DNA of 64,000 nt from assembly GCA_020628915.1 (NCBI GenBank), contig JAHDEI010000001.1, forward strand, positions 19,985 to 83,984. Reading direction: 5' to 3'. Every line of letters begins with the position of its first letter. Position 1 is the first letter of the stretch. Shown piece by piece: positions 1 to 7,370 of the stretch. A model generated the notes under the pieces. That model ran no database searches and was not told the origin of the DNA. It saw nothing but the letters and a program-made list of their open reading frames with translations. The position numbers were made by a program, and so were the translations under genes. The stretch comes from Minisyncoccota bacterium (GTDB taxonomy: Bacteria; Patescibacteriota; Minisyncoccia; Phycocordibacterales; GCA-2747955).

Positions 1-461
1 TCGAGATTTCTGGAAAGTCACGTCCTGTTATCGTAAAAATTACTGATTACGGTAAATACAAATACGAACTAAAGCGTAAAACCAGAGAAGCAAAACAAAA
101 GCAAAAGACTGTCGAAACCAAAACTGTTCAGGTTAAGGTTGGTACTGGTGAGGGAGATTTGATTGTGAAAGCTAAAAATATCTCAAAATGGCTTAAAGAG
201 GGTCATCGGATCAAGCTAGAACTTTTCTTGCGAGGACGTATTAAATACGCAGAAAAAGACTTTTTGCAAGAACGAATGGAGCGTGTCTTGCACTTTGTCT
301 CAGAGCCGTATACAATAGCGGACGGACCAAAGAAGAGTCCAAAAGGATTAACTGCAATTTTAGAAAAAGCTTCAAAAAAGCAAATCAAAAAAATGCAAGA
401 ACTAGAAGAACAAAGTGAAAAAGTAGAAAAAAAAGACTCTTCTGAAAAAGAAACTAACTAA
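1..461 (+). CDS. infC: Translation initiation factor IF-3 (5' truncated by window)
   Basis: Frame open from position 3 (EISGKSRPVIVKITDYGKYKYE...GHRIKLELFLRGR), IF-3 motifs; directly upstream of rpmI. Confidence 0.95.
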   Translation, partial: EISGKSRPVIVKITDYGKYKYELKRKTREAKQKQKTVETKTVQVKVGTGEGDLIVKAKNISKWLKEGHRIKLELFLRGRIKYAEKDFLQERMERVLHFVSEPYTIADGPKKSPKGLTAILEKASKKQIKKMQELEEQSEKVEKKDSSEKETN

Positions 462-467
462 ATTATC

Positions 468-659
468 ATGGCATCAAAAACAAACAAATCACTGGCTAAA
501 AGAATTAAAGTCACAAAAAACGGTAAGCTCAAAGTACGAGCAAAAGGTCACGCTCACAACAACGCCAAAGAAAGCAATTCAGCAAAAATGGCAAAAAAGA
601 AAGTTGGAGAAATTAAAATTTCAGCAAAAGACCTTGGTCGAACTATGCCTCACCGATAA
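468..659 (+). CDS. rpmI: 50S ribosomal protein L35
   Basis: KTNKSLAKRIKVTKNGK motif; infC-rpmI order. Confidence 0.95.
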   Translation: MASKTNKSLAKRIKVTKNGKLKVRAKGHAHNNAKESNSAKMAKKKVGEIKISAKDLGRTMPHR

Positions 660-666
660 AACAAAT

Positions 667-698
667 AAAACTGCTGCCCTTCTGGAGCAGCAGTTTTT
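667..698 (+). terminator. Intrinsic (bidirectional) terminator after rpmI
   Basis: AAAACTGCTGC-loop-GCAGCAGTTTTT. Confidence 0.85.
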
Positions 699-754
699 AT
701 TTGAAACTTTTTCCTGATCTACTATAATGCGACATAGATAGAAAGGAGCGACTT

Positions 755-1012
755 ATGCAATTCCAATCCCGCACACTCACGTGCAGATGGTGCGACTTTA
801 CGGCTAGCACTGCTAGCGGGGACACACACCTCGATGATGATCCTCGAGAAAAAGATCTTTTTGAAACTATGGAAAATGAATTTCCCGATGATCACCAAGA
901 GCTAATGTTGCATATCATGAGCGAACACGAAGATATACCCGAAGCCGTTGAGCTGACAGAAAAGTATGAGAAACGTGTAGACGACGTTTATGCAGAATTT
1001 AACCCAGATTAA
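755..1012 (+). CDS. Small acidic hypothetical protein with C2H2-like ligand pattern
   Basis: CRWC...HIMSEH; TTGAAA/TATAAT promoter and AAAGGAG SD upstream. Confidence 0.7.
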   Translation: MQFQSRTLTCRWCDFTASTASGDTHLDDDPREKDLFETMENEFPDDHQELMLHIMSEHEDIPEAVELTEKYEKRVDDVYAEFNPD

Positions 1013-1025
1013 AAAGGAGATAAAA

Positions 1026-1238
1026 ATGGCGGCAACTGCTAAAGATATCGCGGCGATGTTAAGTCGCCCTCCAAGACTAGATGTGCCAAACAAAGCACGT
1101 GTGATTGATCCAGATCAGCGTATTCCCTGCCCACATGAGGGATGTGACTTTGTGGCTACTCCACATGGAGAGTCTTGTGCTGAAGGCGTTCTTAACGGCC
1201 ACCGGGCCAGTAAACATTTTTGGATCCCGGGCCGGTAA
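1026..1238 (+). CDS. Small hypothetical protein with C2H2-like ligand pattern
   Basis: AAAGGAG SD before ATG 1026; CPHEGC...HRASKH; terminator at about 1249-1278. Confidence 0.7.
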   Translation: MAATAKDIAAMLSRPPRLDVPNKARVIDPDQRIPCPHEGCDFVATPHGESCAEGVLNGHRASKHFWIPGR

Positions 1239-1349
1239 GGCTAAAACAAGCTCACCTTTCTTAGGTGGGTTTATTTATTCTTCAGACAAAGGTTGACTTT
1301 TATTATAAAAACATTATAATAAATATATAGCAGCTGAGAGGAGAAGCAT

Positions 1350-1406
1350 ATGGGTACTAGTATGTTACTGATACTAATCATATTACTTTTAGTCATCTCC
1401 GACTAG
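1350..1406 (+). CDS. 18-aa hydrophobic peptide MGTSMLLILIILLLVISD (Ibs-like small ORF)
   Basis: TTGACT (1293)/TATAAT promoter, GAGGAG SD, own terminator 1418-1446; below the ORF-track cutoff. Confidence 0.6.
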   Translation: MGTSMLLILIILLLVISD

Positions 1407-1417
1407 AAGTACAAGTT

Positions 1418-1446
1418 GAGCACCCTTAAATTTGGGTGCTCTTTTA
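1418..1446 (+). terminator. Intrinsic terminator
   Basis: GAGCACCC-TTAAATTT-GGGTGCTC-TTTT. Confidence 0.8.
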
Positions 1447-1468
1447 ATTTGCGCTCTCAAGGGAGAAC

Positions 1469-1655
1469 TGATATGATATCGATCATTAGTTGCTCTGGTT
1501 TCCTCACTATTGTGAGACGTCCGAGTAGCAGTAGAGAGATTAGGGAACCCACAGTGGAGTCTCCCTCTACAGCAACACGACACAACTAAGACAGGGTCTC
1601 CCCTGTTTCACCAGAGCTTCTAGTTTTACTAGAAGTTTTTAATTTAAAAAATAAT
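1469..1655 (+). promoter_or_regulatory. rplT promoter and structured 5' leader (putative L20 autoregulatory attenuator)
   Basis: TGaTATGAT at 1469-1477; GCTCTGGT (1492-1499) pairs with ACCAGAGC (1610-1617); hairpin CTTCTAGT/ACTAGAAG plus T-run at 1617-1641. Confidence 0.55.
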
Positions 1656-2393
1656 ATGGCACGAGTAAAAAGAGCGATAATGAAAAACAAGCGAAAGAAG
1701 AAAATTCTAAAGCTTGCAAAAGGATTCAGAAATGCACGATCAACAAAATACAAACAAGCAAAGCAAGGTGTAATCCGAGCTGGGCAGCACGCATACGCAC
1801 ACAGACGAAAGAAAAAGCGAGTTATGCGAAAAGCATGGCAAATCAAAATTGGTGCAGCTGTAAAAAATCTACAAGGTATTTCATATTCGCGATTCATGGA
1901 TATGGTTACTAAAAAAGAAGTTGGTGTTGACCGAAAGATCATGGCAGACATGATCGAAAATAATCCAGAAGCATTCGCACGATTTGTCGAAGAGGTAACT
2001 GGAGAAAAAAATACAGGAGAGATTCCTACAGTTGGATCTGACCAAAAAGCAGCTCCGAAGAAGCAGCCAAAACCAAAAGCAAAAAAGGAAGAAAAAACTG
2101 AAGACAAAAAAGAAACTCCTCAAGTTGCAGCTGAAAAAAGTGATACAAAAGACGACCTAACAAAAATCGAAGGAATCGGTCCAAAAATCGCAGAAACACT
2201 AACGGCAGCAGGAGTATCTACATTTGCTGAACTATCAAAAACAGATTCAGATAAAATCCAAGAAATCATTGCAGATGTACGAGGAAACCACGTATCAGAT
2301 ACATGGCCAAAACAAGCATCTATGGCAGCAGAAGGTAAATGGGATGAACTCAAAGCTTGGCAAGATGAGATGGACGGGGGTAAAGAAAATTAA
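1656..2393 (+). CDS. rplT: 50S ribosomal protein L20 with C-terminal linker and helix-hairpin-helix extension
   Basis: MARVKRA...LKLAKGFRNAR; C-terminal DDLTKIEGIGPKIAETL HhH motif. Confidence 0.93.
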   Translation: MARVKRAIMKNKRKKKILKLAKGFRNARSTKYKQAKQGVIRAGQHAYAHRRKKKRVMRKAWQIKIGAAVKNLQGISYSRFMDMVTKKEVGVDRKIMADMIENNPEAFARFVEEVTGEKNTGEIPTVGSDQKAAPKKQPKPKAKKEEKTEDKKETPQVAAEKSDTKDDLTKIEGIGPKIAETLTAAGVSTFAELSKTDSDKIQEIIADVRGNHVSDTWPKQASMAAEGKWDELKAWQDEMDGGKEN

Positions 2394-2506
2394 GGAGTAC
2401 GTAGTACGACTATAATTTACTTTATGTTGACCGAAGGGAGACCAAGCAAGGACTTTATGAAACAAACATAGATTCTGATGTCGATGTAAGGAGGCGAAAG
2501 GGCTAT

Positions 2507-2533
2507 AAAAACACAGCTATGCTGTGTTTTTTG
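2507..2533 (+). terminator. Bidirectional intrinsic terminator
   Basis: AAAAACACAGC-TAT-GCTGTGTTTTTT. Confidence 0.8.
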
Positions 2534-2588
2534 TTAATAAAATGAACCGCCTAATGCGGCGATTCGAGGACTCAATGCGTGAGTTATT

Positions 2589-2894
2589 TTAAATTAGTGC
2601 TCCTCCCTTCGCGAAGATCATAACAATAATGATTGCAGAGATAACTTCACTGATCACCATCGCCCAAAACATTTTTGTGTTCCGGGTCTGCGCGGCAACA
2701 AGCATGAAGACCGCTTGAAGCATAAGGAAGATAATGAACATTCCTGCTGATGCACCGTCGGCGCTTTCAGATTTGATAACACTCAACAGTCCTGGGACCA
2801 TTGCAACTGGATTCATCAAAGAGATAAACCCCGCAATATCGTTGAACTTTGGGTGCTTTGTGACTTTGTCAGTCAGACGATAAATTTTTTCCAC
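2589..2894 (-). CDS. PQ-loop/SemiSWEET-like 3-TM membrane protein
   Basis: GTG start after AAAGGAG SD; VPGLLSVIKSESADGASAGMF resembles a PQ-loop repeat; TTGACA-17-TATTAT promoter. Confidence 0.6.
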   Translation of the reverse strand: MEKIYRLTDKVTKHPKFNDIAGFISLMNPVAMVPGLLSVIKSESADGASAGMFIIFLMLQAVFMLVAAQTRNTKMFWAMVISEVISAIIIVMIFAKGGALI

Positions 2895-2989
2895 GATTCT
2901 CTCCTTTGGTTGTGGTCGCTTTCGCGAGTTGTTTATCTTGGTTACATAATAGCCTAATATTGACAAAATGTCAATATATAGTATAAAAA

Positions 2990-3640
2990 TTAAATATATT
3001 TCGTCAAAAAACTCTTTCTGTGTAGCGGGCTGATTCCCTCTTTTTTTATTGCTTGAATGTGTGCTGCGGTCCCATAGCCTTTATGCTGCTCAAATCCATA
3101 TTGCGGATACTTGATCCCGTATTCTTCCATAATTTCATCTCGAGCAACCTTTGCTATAACCGAGGCAAGTGAGATAGCAAACACCTTCCCGTCTCCCCCA
3201 ATGATCGTTTTTTGTTTGTAAAATTTTTTAGGGGCTAAAAGGGACCCATCCAGAAAAATGTAGTCTGTTGGTTCGAGTCCATCTTTTTCTGCTATTTGTA
3301 ATGTACGGTTAACTGCGTTTCTCAAACACCCCATAATGCCCTCTTTATCAATCTTTTCTGCAGAAGCATATTGGATTGTGTAGTTAATCAGACCAGAGTC
3401 TTGCAAGTCTTGTGCAGTTTTTGCAAAGGCACGTCTTTTGTTCACATGAACTTTTTTAGAATCTGTAATCCCCTCTAAATAGCTAGAAACTTTTCCGTGA
3501 TCAGATGCTTTGTACCACACTGCACACACCGCAACAGGTCCTGCAACTGGTCCTCTGCCGACCTCATCAATACCAACGATGATTTTGTCTGAACGTAATG
3601 CCTTGGTAAGGATGTTTTGATATTCACGTGATTGCTTCAT
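2990..3640 (-). CDS. rnhB: Ribonuclease HII
   Basis: GIDEVGRGPVAGP, DSKK, ASVIAKVARD, KGYGT motifs; start chosen 10 nt after TATAAT. Confidence 0.95.
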   Translation of the reverse strand: MKQSREYQNILTKALRSDKIIVGIDEVGRGPVAGPVAVCAVWYKASDHGKVSSYLEGITDSKKVHVNKRRAFAKTAQDLQDSGLINYTIQYASAEKIDKEGIMGCLRNAVNRTLQIAEKDGLEPTDYIFLDGSLLAPKKFYKQKTIIGGDGKVFAISLASVIAKVARDEIMEEYGIKYPQYGFEQHKGYGTAAHIQAIKKEGISPLHRKSFLTKYI

Positions 3641-3682
3641 TCGTATCTTTATTATACGAACAATTAAAATATGCCCCAATGT

Positions 3683-4510
3683 TTATAGTGTATATCTTTT
3701 CTTCCAAAACCCAATAGGTCCCAGCTTCACATACTGACCTATAATGGTTCGATGTATTGAAAATGCCGTTCCATATGTGCCAAGTCTTTGTCCGATCATT
3801 TGTGCGAGTGTTCGCATATATGTTCCTGATGAACAAACGCATCTAAATCTTAATATGAAAAATTTTTGATCCTTGTCGATCTGGCTCGAAATATCTGAGT
3901 ATCTTTTCCTAATTTCAGGTCTGCGAAAATCATTCCCTAGTGCTTTTTGGTGTTCCGTCACTGGCTTGATTGACTCAATCTTGTGCGAAATCTGCTCAAA
4001 TAAATCATTTGCAACAACTTCTCTTGTTCCGAGGTGCTTGAGCTCAAAGACCATAACGTCTTTGGTTGGTATTTCTATTTCGTCAATTGTTCCCTCAAGT
4101 GCGTATTGAAATAAGGGTTTTCCGTTTACTGTTTTTGATGAAAACGCTGGGTATGAAAATCTTTGTTTACCTTCTAAGCTTGATGCAGCTTTGGAAATCT
4201 CTTGCTTGGTGGGTGCTGCCTTTGGCAGCACCCCAATCTCACCAAGACCCAAAAGGTCAGCTGAATCTGTTTTGAAACCTAACAAAACCTCAAACTCATA
4301 TTCTTTATCCAATCCGGTGTAACTTGTCAGTTTTTTACACTCGTCTCCAACCAAAATCAATAATTGACCAGACGCCAATGGATCTAATCTGCCCGCATAT
4401 GCCATTGGCACTGCAGCAAAGGCATGATTATCACGTTTATAGTCTTGAATAACCTCCAGAGGGGTCTCACCAACCTCTTTATTCAGTAGTAAATACTTCG
4501 GGAGCTTCAT
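3683..4510 (-). CDS. truB: tRNA pseudouridine synthase, TruB family
   Basis: YAGRLDPLASG, K-EYEF, CSSGTYMRTLA motifs. Confidence 0.85.
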   Translation of the reverse strand: MKLPKYLLLNKEVGETPLEVIQDYKRDNHAFAAVPMAYAGRLDPLASGQLLILVGDECKKLTSYTGLDKEYEFEVLLGFKTDSADLLGLGEIGVLPKAAPTKQEISKAASSLEGKQRFSYPAFSSKTVNGKPLFQYALEGTIDEIEIPTKDVMVFELKHLGTREVVANDLFEQISHKIESIKPVTEHQKALGNDFRRPEIRKRYSDISSQIDKDQKFFILRFRCVCSSGTYMRTLAQMIGQRLGTYGTAFSIHRTIIGQYVKLGPIGFWKKRYTL

Positions 4511-5309
4511 ATGTCTGTTCTATGTTTGGATCAATTTCAAAATCAACAATTGATACTACGGGCACTGCATAAATATTAACTGGTGTTGTAACAACCAATC
4601 TTTTAAAAGAATCTTGCGGCTTTTGTAAAATTTCAACAACTTCTCCGACCACCAATAATTCATACCCTGGCAGTTTAATTGCCTCTCCTTTGGTGACCTC
4701 AAAGTCCCTTGGGACATCTACGTGCATGGTTCCCCCTCCTTGCCCTTGTGCTTCTAGATTTACACCGTTCACTTCGACAACGGTTGTTCTTCCTGGTGAA
4801 GAAAATAGATCCAACTTTGCTGACGACTGTGTCACGCGTGTGACCAGCCCCAACACAACGTACTCTGAAAATAGTGCGATATCACCAATTTCAATTCCAG
4901 CATCACGTCCTGCATCCAGCGCATATGTATCGTACGGAGTAAACGGCGGTTTTTTTACTACTCCTGCTAAGACTTTTGGAATTCGTGCCTCTCTTCCTAA
5001 CTCATTTAACAGTGTGTCATTCCATTCTTTTTGGGCTTGTATCAGAGATGATTCTAGCGTCTGTTCATCTAACATCCTACGCAGCTCTTGATTCTCCTTA
5101 ATTAATTCTTGCTTGGATACACCAATTGCTGAAATACTATCTCCAACATTTTCTGCTGTTGAAACAATCCCTGCTGTTGTTTTTGCTAAACCACCGCCAA
5201 ACAAAGAAAAAACACCTAGTGCAATACCAAGGAAAAAAAGGGTTGCAACTAGTCGCAACCAAAAATTTTTTCTCTGTTGTCTTTTTTTACTGGATAATCG
5301 GTAACTCAT
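4479..5309 (-). CDS. mreC: Rod shape-determining protein MreC
   Basis: N-terminal TM, coiled coil (LIKENQELR), DAGRDAGIEIGD; follows mreB. Confidence 0.9.
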   Translation of the reverse strand: MSYRLSSKKRQQRKNFWLRLVATLFFLGIALGVFSLFGGGLAKTTAGIVSTAENVGDSISAIGVSKQELIKENQELRRMLDEQTLESSLIQAQKEWNDTLLNELGREARIPKVLAGVVKKPPFTPYDTYALDAGRDAGIEIGDIALFSEYVVLGLVTRVTQSSAKLDLFSSPGRTTVVEVNGVNLEAQGQGGGTMHVDVPRDFEVTKGEAIKLPGYELLVVGEVVEILQKPQDSFKRLVVTTPVNIYAVPVVSIVDFEIDPNIEQTYEAPEVFTTE

Positions 5310-6369
5310 TGTCGTATGAAACTAATGCCTCTTCGTATTCTGAGAGATTTTCAAGGATAACTCCGGTTCCTCGTGCTACGGCTGTTAGAGGATCAGCAAC
5401 CACATGCACTGGGACTTTGATCGCATCTGAAATAACTTTATCTAAACCGTCAATTAGTGCTCCACCTCCCGAGAGATAGATACCGGAACCAATTGTATCT
5501 GAAATAATTTCAGGAGGCGTTGTTTCAATAACTGCCTTTACTGAATCCAAAAGTGTGTCTACTGAATTTTGCATCGCAGACCTGATATCTTTGTCGGTCA
5601 CTGTTATTTCTTTTGGCAGACCAGTAATAAGGTCTCGCCCCCTCATCTTTCCTTTTTTCTTTTCCTGTTTTTCAATAATACGACCTACATTCATTTTTAA
5701 ATCTTCTGCTGTCTTCTCACCAATTAAAACTTTGTATGTATCACGCATGTACGCAACAATATCTTGATTAAACTTGTCTCCAGCGATCTTAAGATTCTTT
5801 GAGTTAACAATACCTCCCAAAGAAATAACAGCGATGTCTGTTGTCCCCCCTCCAATGTCAATAATAATCGTCCCTTTTGCTTGCTGTACCGGCAGTCTAT
5901 CTCCTATAGCTGCAGCCATTGGTTCTTCTACAATGTAAACCTCTCGCGCTCCTGCATCTGTTGCAGCATCACGAACAGCCCTGGTCTCAACATTAGTAAT
6001 TCCAGATGGAACCCCTACGATTACTCGTGGCCCGAGTAGCTTTGGATATTCTTTTTCTGCCTTGTTAATCAAATACGCAATCATCTCTCCTGCTACCTCA
6101 AAGTTTGAGATTACTCCATCAATGATAGGTCGCTCGGCTTGGATATGTGCAGGAGTCCGACCAAGCATTTCTTTTGCAGCAGAACCAACTGCCACTACGC
6201 GGCTTGTTTTTTTGTTTAGTGCCACTACCGACGGCTCGTCAATCACCACGCCTTTGCCAGCAAGATAAACCAGCGTGTTAGCAGTACCCAAATCGATACC
6301 AATATCATTAGAAATCAGCCGGAACATCCGGTCTTTTATTTTTCCTACTGTACTAAGTGGAGATGCCAT
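5287..6369 (-). CDS. mreB: Rod shape-determining protein MreB
   Basis: DIGIDLGTANT, EPMAAAIG, DIGGGTTD; start chosen after TGCTACAAT. Confidence 0.97.
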   Translation of the reverse strand: MASPLSTVGKIKDRMFRLISNDIGIDLGTANTLVYLAGKGVVIDEPSVVALNKKTSRVVAVGSAAKEMLGRTPAHIQAERPIIDGVISNFEVAGEMIAYLINKAEKEYPKLLGPRVIVGVPSGITNVETRAVRDAATDAGAREVYIVEEPMAAAIGDRLPVQQAKGTIIIDIGGGTTDIAVISLGGIVNSKNLKIAGDKFNQDIVAYMRDTYKVLIGEKTAEDLKMNVGRIIEKQEKKKGKMRGRDLITGLPKEITVTDKDIRSAMQNSVDTLLDSVKAVIETTPPEIISDTIGSGIYLSGGGALIDGLDKVISDAIKVPVHVVADPLTAVARGTGVILENLSEYEEALVSYDNELPIIQ

Positions 6370-6445
6370 AGTGGAGGTCATTGTAGCAAAAATAACACTA
6401 AAATCTAAACAAAGAAAAAGCGCCCTCATAGGGGCGCTTACATTT

Positions 6446-6835
6446 TTAAGCTGGTTTCTTTTTACCTTTGGTTGCAACGGCAATGCCGAGTGCAAGAAGG
6501 GCGAATCCTCCCATAACCACTGCCATCAACCCAGGGTTGGGTGAATGGACCACATGTTCGTCATTTTCATCTTCGAGTGATGAGACTGGAACATGCTGGA
6601 CTTGTTGAGCGAGCAGCCGCAATATCGCCTGGCGATACTGGGGTGTTGGTGTTTGCTCGCCTCGAATCCATTTGTTTATGGTCGACATTTTGCGATCAAA
6701 TATCGTAGGTAAAACTGTTCGATCAGGCAAAACCCGAATACCTTTTATGAAAAGAAATTGAAAGTTTTTCTTGTCAAGATTTTTTGGGGCATTCATCAAG
6801 TCTTTAATGATGCCTGCTTTTTGTGAAGGTGTCAT
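6446..6835 (-). CDS. Hypothetical protein with XRE-HTH-like segment and C-terminal TM
   Basis: FDRKMSTINKWIRGEQTP; hydrophobic C-terminus; GAGGAG SD, TTGACA, terminator about 6416-6440. Confidence 0.6.
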   Translation of the reverse strand: MTPSQKAGIIKDLMNAPKNLDKKNFQFLFIKGIRVLPDRTVLPTIFDRKMSTINKWIRGEQTPTPQYRQAILRLLAQQVQHVPVSSLEDENDEHVVHSPNPGLMAVVMGGFALLALGIAVATKGKKKPA

Positions 6836-6924
6836 AAGTGTTCTCCTCTCTACTAAATAACACTATATTTAGTATACCATGTCAAAAAGAAAAAGCGCGA
6901 CCCGCAAGGCCGCGCATGATTAGG

Positions 6925-7272
6925 TTATGTCTTTACGGGCTTGGAGTCAACCAATTCTTCCTGCTCGGGCATGATCAGGCCAGCAAATTTGCCATCCTTG
7001 ATTTTGATTTGGACAGTACCTTCGGTTTCGCGCAGTTTTTCGTCATCAATTTCTGCGGCTTTCACTAAGTCGGCATGAATATCTTTTATCTCTGCCTGTC
7101 CGCCAAACAAAACGGCGCCAGCAACAAGAAGTATCGAGAGCCATGCATATACCACATCAATGCCTCCATCAAATTCAGCTCCTATCCCTAACAAGACCCA
7201 CAACGAAAGAAACCCTCCTACAGCAAAAAGTAGTGCCGCAGATCCATTACCTTTTAATGAATTCGTTTTCAT
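6925..7272 (-). CDS. Hypothetical 2-TM membrane protein
   Basis: AAAAGGAG SD before ATG 7272; TTGACA/TATAAT; terminator about 6890-6916. Confidence 0.65.
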   Translation of the reverse strand: MKTNSLKGNGSAALLFAVGGFLSLWVLLGIGAEFDGGIDVVYAWLSILLVAGAVLFGGQAEIKDIHADLVKAAEIDDEKLRETEGTVQIKIKDGKFAGLIMPEQEELVDSKPVKT

Positions 7273-7370
7273 GACTTTCTCTCCTTTTCTGTAAATATAA
7301 AGCCATAAATATATTATATAAATAATATAATTTATGTCAAACATGCTACCCCATTTGTTATAATTTGAAA

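Noticed and set aside
1105-1296. Overlapping 63-aa ORF
   Set aside because: No SD, overlaps 1026-1238 and runs through its terminator
5287-6495. Extended N-termini from the ORF track (mreB 6495, rnhB 3679, rpsT 58381, nadE-like 51363 and others)
   Set aside because: Extensions overlap neighbouring genes or terminators; downstream ATGs fit homology and -10 box or SD positions
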